Shown here: piece after piece, positions 17,073 through 26,292 of the stretch
Layout: each line of letters starts with the position of its first letter
Numbering within the stretch: position 1 is the first letter of the stretch
The notes under the pieces: generated by a model
What the model saw: the letters and a program-made list of their open reading frames with translations, nothing else
Told to the model about the DNA's origin: nothing
Database searches by the model: none
Translations under genes and position numbers: made by a program
Assembly: GCA_046290465.1 (NCBI GenBank)
Contig: JBKAGP010000001.1
Location: 3,200,001-3,264,000 of the forward strand
Direction of reading: 5' to 3'
Length of the DNA stretch: 64,000 nucleotides
DNA from: Planctomycetota bacterium
Lineage (GTDB): Bacteria > Planctomycetota > UBA1135 > UBA2386

Positions 17073-19658
17073 CTAACTGGCGCGCGGGTCGCCGAACGTG
17101 CCGCCGACCGGCAGCGCGCGCAGGTTGGAGTGCAGCACCTGGAAGTGCGGCCGCCCCTGCGCGTCCGGGCCGCGGAACACCAGCGTCGCCGCGGCGGCCT
17201 GCGGGATCGCCTGGCCGAGCAGCTGCACCAGCGGCGTCGTCTTGCGCACCGGCACGTCGACGCCGTCCTGTTGCGGCACCAGCAGCACCGCGCGGCCGGC
17301 GAAGCGCGGCAGGTGGACCTGCAGCTCGCCGACGATCGCCTGCAGGTGGGCCTCGTCGTCGCCGGCGGCGACGCCGAGCACGACCATCGGCGGCACCGAT
17401 TCGTCGCGGCGGCCCAGCAGCTTGAGCAGCGGTCCGTCCGTCGACGCGGCGGCGGGCGACGACCCGGGCGCCGACGTCGCCGGCACCGGCGGCGGTGTCG
17501 CGGGCACCGGCGGCGGCGTCGCCGCCGCAGCCGAACTGTCCCCGACCGGCTCGGGCGCGACCGCGTCGTCGGCGGTCAGCTCCGGGATCTCCTCGGCGGC
17601 CGGCTGCGGTTCGGGGTGCAGCTGCACCTCGTCACCTTCGCCGCGCGCCAGCACGACCTTGGACGCCTTCTTGTCGCGCAGCGCCGCGACCAGCTTCTGC
17701 ACCGCATCGCCGTCGGCGTCGCCACCCGGCCACGTGACCGTGACGGTCGCGCCGACCAGCATGCCGAGCGCCTTCAGGCGATCGGGCAGTTCGCGTTCGA
17801 CCATGCGGGCGTCCATCGCGGCGTCGCCGGTCGGCTCGACCACGAACGTGGCCTGCTTGCCCTTCTTGTCGGCCGCCTCGAACAGCGGCGGGTGCAGCCG
17901 GATCGGCTCGGCGCCGTCCAGCACCACCTGCGAGGCGCCCTGTTCGAGCACGTAGTCGGCCACCAGCGTCGCCGCCGCCGAGTCCTTGATGGTCACCGAC
18001 TGCAGCGCGACCTCGACGCCCTCGAGCTCGCGCACGACGGCGCGCTGCTGCTGGCCTTCGTTGCGACCGTCGACGACGCAGCTGACGGTCAGCCCCTGGC
18101 TGCCTTCGGCGACCGCGAGCATCGGCGGCAGCAGCACGTCGACCTCACCGCCCTCGGCGAGCTCGAGGCGCATCGCGCCGGCCTCGGCCACGGCGCCACA
18201 GAGGCCGTTGCGCAGCGTGCGCGACAGCGCGACCTCACCGTGCACCTCGATGCGCACGGCCTGGCCGTGCAGCTTGGCGAGATGCGCCGGCAGGCGGCGG
18301 TCGATCGCTCGCTGCAGTTCCTTGGGCTTGCCCGCTTCGCTCTCGACCACGATTACCTGCACGTCGCCGTCGACGCCGAAGTGGATCGGAGCCGGCACGA
18401 ACGGCTCGCGTTCGTCGCCGTGCACGGTGCACGCGAGGCGGTGCGGCGCCATCGTCCTGGTCGCCTCCTCGAGCGTCTTGACGGCCTCCTCGTCGAGCGC
18501 GAAGTCCTGCGGCCAGTCGATCACGACGTCCTTGCCGGCGGTGTCGTCATGGTGCTCGGCGAGTTCGCGCACGAACGTCGACAGCACCGCGGCGCGCGAG
18601 CGGCCATTGGGGGTCAGCCGCAGCTCGACCTCCTTGCCGGCGCGCACGCTGATCAGCGGCGGCCAGACGATGTCGAAGTCGTCGGCGCCGCCGACCTCGA
18701 CCAGCGTCGCACCGGCGTCGCGCGCGAAGTCGACGCAGAACGACTGCACCGCGTTCGACTCCCGCGCGAACTGGAAGCGCACGTTCTTGCCGTCGAGACC
18801 CGCCTTGTGGTTGGGCAGCACCAGCGTCAGCGCGTCGATGCAGTCGGCGTCGCTGTCGGTCAGCGAGATCGTGATCGTCGCCTTGCTGCCGCTGACCGAG
18901 CACTGCACACGCTCCTCGAGGTCACGGTCGAACAGCACGCGCGCGCCGACCGCCATGCTGCGGGCGCCGGCATCGCGCAGCGCCATCGCGAGCGCGTCGC
19001 GTGTGGTCGCACCCGGCTTGGCGCCGCCCTTGAACTGGAACACGAAGCGGCCACCCTTGGCGTACGCGACCAGCTTGGCGAGGTGCGGATCGAGCGCGAC
19101 CGGCAGGTCGGCCTGCTCGCAGTCTCCGGTCGCGACCTGGACCATGGTGACGCCGTCTCCGACCTCGGTCTGGACCTCGACGGTCGGCAGGCTGCCCTCG
19201 TGCACGGTCTCGTCGCCGAAGCCGCGGCGCACGACCACCAGCAGCGGCTTCTGCGGCTGCAGCTGCTCGGCGACCTGCGCCTTGACCGCGCTGCCGACCA
19301 GCCCGTCGCCGGTGAACCGCACCAGCACCTTCTTGTGGCGCAGCCTGGCGCCGAACGCGCCGGCGATGCGACCGAGCGGTCCCTCGACCGCATCGGACAC
19401 CTCCTTCTTGGGCATGTCCGGGACGTCGAGCGTGACCACCGTGTCGAAGCCGTCTTCGTCGCCGTCGGCGCAGGACCCCTTGACCGGACCTTCGTCCTGC
19501 TCGACCGCCTCGAGCTCGGGCAGCTCCGGCAGGTCGTCGAGCGACTCGAGCTCGGGGAGATCCGCGAGCGGCTCGAGTTCGGGCAGTTCGGCTTCGATTT
19601 CGTCCTTGGCGGAGCGACCTGGTCGCTTGCGGGGCAGCCCGTGGCCGTGCTTCGTCAT
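17073..19658 (-). CDS. Large hypothetical cytoplasmic protein with about eight degenerate ~85-95 aa alpha/beta repeats
   Basis: Strong coding-like GC3; acidic LPELE N-terminal repeats; recurring unit ends such as DAGATLVEV..DIVWPPL, EAGAMRLEL..VLLPPM and EQGASQVVL..RLHPPL. Confidence 0.8.
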   Translation of the reverse strand: MTKHGHGLPRKRPGRSAKDEIEAELPELEPLADLPELESLDDLPELPELEAVEQDEGPVKGSCADGDEDGFDTVVTLDVPDMPKKEVSDAVEGPLGRIAGAFGARLRHKKVLVRFTGDGLVGSAVKAQVAEQLQPQKPLLVVVRRGFGDETVHEGSLPTVEVQTEVGDGVTMVQVATGDCEQADLPVALDPHLAKLVAYAKGGRFVFQFKGGAKPGATTRDALAMALRDAGARSMAVGARVLFDRDLEERVQCSVSGSKATITISLTDSDADCIDALTLVLPNHKAGLDGKNVRFQFARESNAVQSFCVDFARDAGATLVEVGGADDFDIVWPPLISVRAGKEVELRLTPNGRSRAAVLSTFVRELAEHHDDTAGKDVVIDWPQDFALDEEAVKTLEEATRTMAPHRLACTVHGDEREPFVPAPIHFGVDGDVQVIVVESEAGKPKELQRAIDRRLPAHLAKLHGQAVRIEVHGEVALSRTLRNGLCGAVAEAGAMRLELAEGGEVDVLLPPMLAVAEGSQGLTVSCVVDGRNEGQQQRAVVRELEGVEVALQSVTIKDSAAATLVADYVLEQGASQVVLDGAEPIRLHPPLFEAADKKGKQATFVVEPTGDAAMDARMVERELPDRLKALGMLVGATVTVTWPGGDADGDAVQKLVAALRDKKASKVVLARGEGDEVQLHPEPQPAAEEIPELTADDAVAPEPVGDSSAAAATPPPVPATPPPVPATSAPGSSPAAASTDGPLLKLLGRRDESVPPMVVLGVAAGDDEAHLQAIVGELQVHLPRFAGRAVLLVPQQDGVDVPVRKTTPLVQLLGQAIPQAAAATLVFRGPDAQGRPHFQVLHSNLRALPVGGTFGDPRAS

Positions 19659-19818
19659 TCGTTCTGTCTGAGGGGTCGAGGGGAGAGGGGTCGCACAAGG
19701 TAACGGAGCGCGAGCCGACGCCAAGGGCGAGGGCCTGGCAACGGCCCCAAATCGGCCGGCGCGCCCGATCCGATCCGAGAACGGCCTTGCGACTCCGCGC
19801 CCCCGCCCCGCTCCGCCG

Positions 19819-20349
19819 CTACCGGCCCAGCAGCTCGGCGAACTCGCCGGCGGAGAGCGACAGCACCTCCTCGGCGACGATGCGGTCGTCGGCGTCCACC
19901 AGGTAGCTCGGCGAGCCCCAGATGACGCCGACCTCCCAGGCCTCTCGCGCGCCGGCCGCGTCGGCCAGGATCGCGAACGGCAGCTGCTCCTCGTCGAGGA
20001 ACGCCAGGGTCTCGTCGACGCTGGCGTCGGTCACGCCGAGCACGAGCAAGCCGTCGCCACGATGGTCGGCCGCGATCTTCACGAGATGCGGCAGTTCGTC
20101 ACGACAAGGGCCTCAATGCGGCTGCAGGAACACGACCAGCCGCCAGCGCACGTCCGGCGGCACCCAGTCGTCGGGCGCGTCGCGCGCGCCGTCGTCCTCG
20201 TCGGGCGGCAGCAGCCAGGCGCCGTCGGACAGCGCGGGCGCGGTGCGACCAGCGAGGTCGGTGTTGCCCCAGTCGCGCCAGAGCGACCGGAACGAGGACG
20301 CGCAGCCGGTCAGCAGGACCAGCGACGCGAGCAGCAGCGTGCGAAGCAT
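19819..20349 (-). CDS. TlpA/ResA-like redoxin lipoprotein, selenoprotein (HUGPC), UGA at 20113-20115
   Basis: Lipobox LTGC; GRTAPAL; LVVFLQPH-TGA-GPCRDELPHLVKI... continues in frame into ORF 19819-20082 (LLVLGV, LPFAILAD, SYLVDADDRI). Confidence 0.87.
20069..20092 (-). promoter_or_regulatory. Candidate bacterial SECIS
   Basis: GCCGC-AUCU-CGUGA-AGAU-c-GCGGC; loop 29 nt after UGA. Confidence 0.6.
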
Positions 20350-20441
20350 GGCGCGAGGATACGAGCCCGTCCCGGTTCGGTTGCGCGCGATCGTGGGTCG
20401 GCGCGAGGTCGCACCGCGGGCGCCCGTCCGGGCGCTCCCCA

Positions 20442-21605
20442 TCAGCCGTCGACCTTGCCGCCGCGGCGCTCGCGCTCGACCAGCCGGCGGACCCGGCCGT
20501 CGTGCGAACCGAACCACAGCGAGCCGTCGACCACGGTCGGCGAGCTCCACACGGTGCGGCCGATGCCGAACCGCCAGACCACCTCGCCGCGGATCCGGTC
20601 GATCGCGAACAGCGCGCCCGGATCGTCGCCGCCGGCCCCCTCACCGCCGACGTAGAGGTGCTCGCCGACCAACGCCGGGGTGCCGAGCACGCGGCCGCGC
20701 AGGTTGCAGCGCCACAGTTCGCGGCCTTCGGCGAGCGTGCAGGCGTAGAGATGGTGGTCGCCGGAGCCGACGTAGACGACGCCCTCGCCGCGGTGCACGA
20801 CGGGCGACGAGAACACCGGACCGCCGGTCGGCAGGCGCCAGGCCTCGCGTCCGGTGACCGCGTCGAGCGCGTAGAGGTTGCCGTCGTCGGAGCCGACCAG
20901 CACGAGGCCGTCGACGATCGCCGGCGACGACCAGACCGGGGCGCCGGTCTGGTAGCGGAACCGTTCGGCTCCGGATTCGGCCTCGAGGCCGTAGACGCGG
21001 CCGTCCTGCGAACCGATCGCCACCAACCCGTCGACGACGGCGGGGGACGACAGGATCCGACCGTCGGTCTCGAACGTCCAGCGCAGTTCGCCGTCGCGCT
21101 TGCCGATCGCATAGACGAGCTGGTCGAAGCCGCCGAAGTAGACGGTGTCGCCGACCACGGCCGGCGACGACTGTTGGCCGCCCTCGCCGAGCTGCACGAA
21201 CCAGCGCAGCTCACCGCTCCGGGCGTCGAGCGCGTAGAAGCGGTCGTCGTCGGCGCCGAAGTAGACGACGCCGTCGACCACCGACGGCGAACAGCGCACC
21301 AGTCCGTCGACCGCGTAGCGCCAGCGTTCGTCGCCGGTCTCGGCGTCCAGGGCGTAGAGGTGGTCCGCGAACGTGCCGACGTAGACGACCCCGTGCACGA
21401 CGGTCGGCGACGACTCGACCGTGCCGCCGGTGTCGAACTCCCAGACCTGCTGGGGCTGTCCGATCGGCCGCGCGCCGTCGGCGCTGCCGTGGTGCAGCGG
21501 CCCGCCGCGGAACGCACTCCAGGCGCGCGGCATGCCCGGACCGAGCTTGCAGCCCGCCGCGAACACGAGCGACAGCAGGCAACCGAGGTGCACGGCGTTG
21601 GTCAT
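20442..21605 (-). CDS. PQQ-like beta-propeller repeat lipoprotein (BamB-like repeats)
   Basis: Lipobox AAGC; about eight repeats of SSPxVxDGxVYxGSxDxxLYALDAxTGxxxW. Confidence 0.88.
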   Translation of the reverse strand: MTNAVHLGCLLSLVFAAGCKLGPGMPRAWSAFRGGPLHHGSADGARPIGQPQQVWEFDTGGTVESSPTVVHGVVYVGTFADHLYALDAETGDERWRYAVDGLVRCSPSVVDGVVYFGADDDRFYALDARSGELRWFVQLGEGGQQSSPAVVGDTVYFGGFDQLVYAIGKRDGELRWTFETDGRILSSPAVVDGLVAIGSQDGRVYGLEAESGAERFRYQTGAPVWSSPAIVDGLVLVGSDDGNLYALDAVTGREAWRLPTGGPVFSSPVVHRGEGVVYVGSGDHHLYACTLAEGRELWRCNLRGRVLGTPALVGEHLYVGGEGAGGDDPGALFAIDRIRGEVVWRFGIGRTVWSSPTVVDGSLWFGSHDGRVRRLVERERRGGKVDG

Positions 21606-21729
21606 GCCGCGATCGTGCGCGGCGACGGCACGCGCATCAACCTCCTGGGAAAGCCGCATCGAAGGCGCCGATCCGGCCGAAACGGACTCCCGGTGTTTTC
21701 CGGCCGCCCTCGTGGCGTACAACCCACAC

Positions 21730-22713
21730 ATGTCCGAACCGACCCTCGCCTTCCGCAATCCACCCGACTGGAGCCGGCTGCGCGTCCTGAAGTGGATCGT
21801 GCCCGCCGTGCTCGTCGTCATCCTGGCGCTGACGATGTACTACACCGTGCCGCCGGACTCGCAGGGCGTGGTGCTGCGCTTCGGCCGCTTCAGCTCGATC
21901 GAAGAGCCGGGCCTGCACTTCAAGCTGCCGTTCGGCGTCGACTCAGTCGAGACCGTCCCGGTCCGGCGCCAGCTCAAGCTCGAGTTCGGCTTCGGCACTT
22001 CCGGTGCGACCAACTCGAGCCAGCGCAGCAGCAGCCGCGAGGCGCAGGTGCGCGAGAAGAGCATGGTGACCGGCGACCTCAACGCCGCGCTGGTCGAGTG
22101 GGTCGTGCAGTATCGGATCGACGATCCGCGCTCGTTCCTGTTCGTCGTGCGCGCGCCGGAACAGACGCTGCGTGACCTGAGCGAGGCGGTCATGCGCGAG
22201 GTGATCGGCGACCGCACCGTCGACGAGGTCATCACCACCGGCCGCCAGGAGATCGAGGACCGCGCGCTGCAGCGGCTGCGCGAGATGGCGGCCGACTACC
22301 AGCTCGGCGTCAAGGTCGACCAGCTGCAGCTCAAGAACGTCAACCCGCCCCGCGAGGTGCAGAAGTCCTTCAACGAGGTCAACAAGGCCCAGCAGGAGCG
22401 CGAGCAGATGATCAACGTCGCCAACGGCGAGTACAACAAGGTCGTGCCGCGCGCCAAGGGCGAGGCGGAGCAGAAGATCAGCGAGGCCGAAGGCTACAAG
22501 CTGAAGCGCGTCAACGAGGCGCTCGGGGACGCGGCCGCGTTCAACTCGGTGCTGACCGAATACCTGAAGGCGCCCGACGTGACGCGCAAGCGCCTCTATC
22601 TCGAGACGATGGCCGAGGTCATCCCCGGCCTGTCGGGCACCTGGATCGTCGACGACTCGGTCACGCAGCTGCTGCCGATGGTGCAGGGCAAGGGCCTGGG
22701 AGGTGGAAAGTGA
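21730..22713 (+). CDS. hflK: FtsH modulator HflK
   Basis: GVVLRFG, PGLHFKLP, MVTGDLN, VNPPREVQKSFNEVNKAQQE, YLKAPDVTRKRLYLETM. Confidence 0.92.
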   Translation: MSEPTLAFRNPPDWSRLRVLKWIVPAVLVVILALTMYYTVPPDSQGVVLRFGRFSSIEEPGLHFKLPFGVDSVETVPVRRQLKLEFGFGTSGATNSSQRSSSREAQVREKSMVTGDLNAALVEWVVQYRIDDPRSFLFVVRAPEQTLRDLSEAVMREVIGDRTVDEVITTGRQEIEDRALQRLREMAADYQLGVKVDQLQLKNVNPPREVQKSFNEVNKAQQEREQMINVANGEYNKVVPRAKGEAEQKISEAEGYKLKRVNEALGDAAAFNSVLTEYLKAPDVTRKRLYLETMAEVIPGLSGTWIVDDSVTQLLPMVQGKGLGGGK

Positions 22714-23654
22714 AGATCTGGCCGATCCTGGTGGGCCTGGTGGCCCTGTTCCTGGTGCTGGTGCTCGGCGGTGCGTTCTACACCGTGCACGAGACCGACA
22801 CCGTGATCCTGACGCAGTTCGGCCGCCCCGTCGGAGATCCCGTCACCGAACCCGGGCTGCACTTCAAGACGCCGTTCGTGCAGGAGGTCAACCGCCTCGA
22901 GAAGCGCGTGCTCGAATGGGACGGGCCGGCGACCGAGATGCCGACCAAGGACAAGACCTACATCGAGGTCGACACGTTCGCGCGCTGGCGCATCGGCGAT
23001 CCGGCGCAGTACTTCGTCAAGCTGCGCGACGAGCGCAGCGCGCAGTCGCGCCTCGAGGACATCATCGGCAGTGAGGTGCGCACGGCGGTGGCCGCGCACG
23101 AACTGATCGAGGTCGTGCGCAGCGACAAGAACCGCGTCGCCGTGACCGACCCGAACTCCGACGAGACCAGCACCTCGGTGCTGCCGCCCGCAACGCGGGG
23201 ACGACTCGAGCTGCAGGCCGACGTGCTGAAGGCGGCCGCGCCGAAGCTCGCGACCATCGGCATCGAGCTGCTCGACGTGCGCATCAAGCGCGTCAACTAC
23301 AACCGCGACGTCGGCATCGACATCTACAAGCGCATGATCAGCGAACGCGAGCAGATCGCGGCGCGCTTCCGCAGTGAAGGCGAGGGCGAGGCGGCGCGCA
23401 TCAACGGGCGCCGCGAGCGCGACCTGCGCGAGATCGAGTCGAACGCCTACAAGCGCGTGCAGGAGCTGCGCGGCGAGGCCGACGCGGAGGCGACGCGGAT
23501 CTATGCGGAGGCCTACGACCAGAGCGCCGAATCGCGCCAGTTCTACGGCTTCTTGAAGACGCTCGACACCTACCGTTCGATCCTCGGCAGCCAGACCAAC
23601 GTGATCCTGTCGACGGACAGCGAGCTGTTCCGCCTGCTGGAGAAGACCAACTAG
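22710..23654 (+). CDS. hflC: FtsH modulator HflC
   Basis: TQFGRP, PGLHFKTPFVQ, DVRIKR, RMISEREQIAARFRSEGEGEA, FYGFLKTL; GTGA overlap with hflK. Confidence 0.92.
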   Translation: MKIWPILVGLVALFLVLVLGGAFYTVHETDTVILTQFGRPVGDPVTEPGLHFKTPFVQEVNRLEKRVLEWDGPATEMPTKDKTYIEVDTFARWRIGDPAQYFVKLRDERSAQSRLEDIIGSEVRTAVAAHELIEVVRSDKNRVAVTDPNSDETSTSVLPPATRGRLELQADVLKAAAPKLATIGIELLDVRIKRVNYNRDVGIDIYKRMISEREQIAARFRSEGEGEAARINGRRERDLREIESNAYKRVQELRGEADAEATRIYAEAYDQSAESRQFYGFLKTLDTYRSILGSQTNVILSTDSELFRLLEKTN

Positions 23655-23679
23655 CCCACCGGCCACCACGCTTCGCACC

Positions 23680-24681
23680 ATGGACCGACGCACGTTCCTC
23701 GCTTCCGGCGCCGGCGCCGCGGCCTTCGCCGCGACCGGCCACGCCCTGCAAGACCCGAAGGGTTCCAAGCCGAAGGCCCCAGATCCGCAGCAGAAGGATC
23801 CGCAGCAGCAGGATCCGCAAAAGTCGGATCCGCAAAAGTCGGATCCGGGGGCCGCGCCCGGCGGCAAGCCGTTCCAGCTGCTGTATGCGCCGCACTTCGG
23901 CATGTTCCGCCACCACGCCAAGGACCTCGAGGACCAGCTGCAGTTCGCGGCGGACCAGGGCTTCCGCGCCTGGGAGGACAATGGCATGGGTCGCAAGGAC
24001 GAGGCGACCCAGCGGCGCCTCGCGGCCCGGATGGCCAAGCTCGACATGAAGATGGGCGTGTTCGTCGCGCACGGCGACTTCGGCAAGCCGACCTTCACGT
24101 CGGGCAAGAAGGACTTCCAGGAGCGCGTGCTGGCCGACATCGACAAGGCCTGCACGATCGCCGGGCGCGTCAACGCGAAGTGGTGCACGGTGGTGCCTGG
24201 CGCAATCGACCCGAGGCTCGACGACGGCTACCAGTTCGCCAACTGCGTCGAGCTGCTGAAGCGCTGCTGCGACAAGATCGAGCAGAACAAGAGCGAGCTG
24301 GTGATGGTGCTCGAGCCGCTCAACTTCCGGGACCACCCCAACCTCTACCTGACCAAGATCGCCCAGGGGTTCGCCATCTGCCGCGCGGTCGGCAGCCCGC
24401 ACTGCAAGATCCTCGACGACCTGTACCACCAGCAGATCACCGAGGGCAACCTGATCCCGAACATCGACGCGGCGTGGTCGGAGATCGCCTACTTCCAGAC
24501 CGGCGACAACCCCGGCCGCAAGGAGCCCTACACCGGCGAGATCAACTACCGGAACGTGTTCCGGCACATCCACGGCAAGGGCTTCGCGGGCATCGTCGGC
24601 ATGGAGCACGGCCTGTCGAAGGGCGGCAAGGAGGGGGAGCTGCAGCTGATCCGCGCCTACCGCGACGCCGACGCGTTCTAG
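23680..24681 (+). CDS. Tat-exported hydroxypyruvate isomerase-like TIM-barrel protein
   Basis: MDRRTFL Tat motif; MVLEPLN, KILDDLYHQQITEGNLI, GDNPGRKEPYTGEINY. Confidence 0.85.
   Translation: MDRRTFLASGAGAAAFAATGHALQDPKGSKPKAPDPQQKDPQQQDPQKSDPQKSDPGAAPGGKPFQLLYAPHFGMFRHHAKDLEDQLQFAADQGFRAWEDNGMGRKDEATQRRLAARMAKLDMKMGVFVAHGDFGKPTFTSGKKDFQERVLADIDKACTIAGRVNAKWCTVVPGAIDPRLDDGYQFANCVELLKRCCDKIEQNKSELVMVLEPLNFRDHPNLYLTKIAQGFAICRAVGSPHCKILDDLYHQQITEGNLIPNIDAAWSEIAYFQTGDNPGRKEPYTGEINYRNVFRHIHGKGFAGIVGMEHGLSKGGKEGELQLIRAYRDADAF
23782..23847 (+). repeat. 15-nt-period repeat encoding a DPQQK/DPQKS linker
   Basis: gatccgcagcagaag gatccgcagcagcag gatccgcaaaagtcg gatccgcaaaagtcg gatccg. Confidence 0.8.
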
Positions 24682-24690
24682 CCAGCGCGT

Positions 24691-25737
24691 CTATCGCCCG
24701 CCGCCGCCGGCCTTCGGCTTGTCGACCCGCTCCGCCTCTGGCGCGGCGGGCGCCACCTGCACCTCCCGCACCACCGGCGCCGGCGCCGAGTCCACTCCTG
24801 ACATCAGGAACAGCGGCGCCATCACCATCGCGAGGTTGCCGACCGCGTTGCGGGTGCGGCCGAGGTCGACGCGAACGATCACGTCCGAGCCGCGGGTCTC
24901 CTTCTCGGCCGACTTCAGGATCTTGCGGAACAGCCGCAGTTCCTTCATCGCGAGCGCGCGCTCGAGCAACGCGTCGACGGCCTCGTCGCTGGCCTTGACG
25001 CCCGGCCCGACCTTGGCGTGGCGCAACGTCATCGTCAGCGTCAGGTGGCGGTCGTCCTCGTCGCCGGTCACCGCGACGCGCCCGGCGAAGAACGCCGGCA
25101 TGTCGTCCTCGGGCCAGGTCGAGCCTTCGAACAGCTGGTCGAGGAACGTGCGGCGTGCCGACCGTTCGCTGAGGTCGGCGACCATGTGCGCGATGCCGCG
25201 GCCCTTGCCGACCGACAGCGACATCACGTCGGCGCTCGGCAGACCGGGCTTACGCTTGCCGTCCATCGCCTGCTCGATGATGTCGGCCGGCGCCATCACG
25301 TGCAGCTTGTCCGTCGGCCACACAAGCGCATGCTCCCGATCCTCGAACCGCAGGTAGACGTCGCGGCCGCGGTGCCGGTAGCTGGTGAACTTCTCCGCCA
25401 TGCCTTCGGGCCTGGCCAGCTTCTGCGCGCCCTCGAACACGAAGATGCGCAGTCGCCGTTCGTCCGCGCCCTCGGCATCCCCGCTCGGCAAGCGCATCGT
25501 CAGCGAGAAGCGATCGAGGGCCTCGAGCGGGAAGCCCAGCGCGTCCCGAGCCATGCCGAACGCCATCTTGAGGGCCGACGACTCGAGCTCGTCGAGGACC
25601 TCCAGCTCGCGCATCGCCCGGAAGTCCGCGGCGACGACGTTGGTGTAGTCGTGCACCATGAAGCAACGGGGATCGACGGCATCTTGCGCGACGAGCACGC
25701 CGGCAGCAAACAGCGACAACAACGGGGCGCGGATCAT
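24691..25737 (-). CDS. Hypothetical secreted protein
   Basis: Signal peptide MIRAPLLSLFAAGVLVA-Q; coding-like composition; TATAGT 6 nt upstream. Confidence 0.7.
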   Translation of the reverse strand: MIRAPLLSLFAAGVLVAQDAVDPRCFMVHDYTNVVAADFRAMRELEVLDELESSALKMAFGMARDALGFPLEALDRFSLTMRLPSGDAEGADERRLRIFVFEGAQKLARPEGMAEKFTSYRHRGRDVYLRFEDREHALVWPTDKLHVMAPADIIEQAMDGKRKPGLPSADVMSLSVGKGRGIAHMVADLSERSARRTFLDQLFEGSTWPEDDMPAFFAGRVAVTGDEDDRHLTLTMTLRHAKVGPGVKASDEAVDALLERALAMKELRLFRKILKSAEKETRGSDVIVRVDLGRTRNAVGNLAMVMAPLFLMSGVDSAPAPVVREVQVAPAAPEAERVDKPKAGGGGR

Positions 25738-25773
25738 GCCGGGACTATATCGAGCCGCAACGGCCCCATGCGC

Positions 25774-26292
25774 TCAGCTGGACCCGAAGGGCAATTCCCC
25801 CGCCCGCGGCAGCGCACCTTCCAGTTCGAGCAGCGCCCGCTTGTTGTCGATGCCGCTCGCAAACCCGGTCAGCTGGCCACCCGAGCCGATCACGCGATGG
25901 CAGGGGACCACGATCGTCAGCGGGTTGCGCCCGTTGGCGGCGCCGATCGCCCGCACCGCCGACGGCCGGCCGATCGCCGCCGCCTGCTCGGCGTAGCTGC
26001 GGGTCTCGCCGAACGGGATCTCGCGCAACGCGCGCCAGGCAGCCTGCTGGAACGGCGTTCCGACGGGATCGAGCGGCAGATCGAAGGCGCGCCGCCGCCC
26101 GGCGAAGTACTCGCCGAGCTGTGCGAAGCAGGCGCGCAGCAGGTCGTTGCGCGGTGCCTCACGCAGCTCCCCCACCACGCCGTTGGTAGCCGGATCGCTG
26201 CCGTCGAACAAGATCGCCCGCAGGCCGACGTCGCTGGCGAAGGCGTGCATCGGACCGAGCGGGGTCGGAAAGGTCGTGTGCTCCAGGGTCAT
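25774..26292 (-). CDS. ogt: Methylated-DNA--protein-cysteine methyltransferase
   Basis: GTPFQQAAW, IPFGETRSY, RAIGAANGRNP, active site VPCHRVIG; ATGA overlap with alkA. Confidence 0.93.
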   Translation of the reverse strand: MTLEHTTFPTPLGPMHAFASDVGLRAILFDGSDPATNGVVGELREAPRNDLLRACFAQLGEYFAGRRRAFDLPLDPVGTPFQQAAWRALREIPFGETRSYAEQAAAIGRPSAVRAIGAANGRNPLTIVVPCHRVIGSGGQLTGFASGIDNKRALLELEGALPRAGELPFGSS

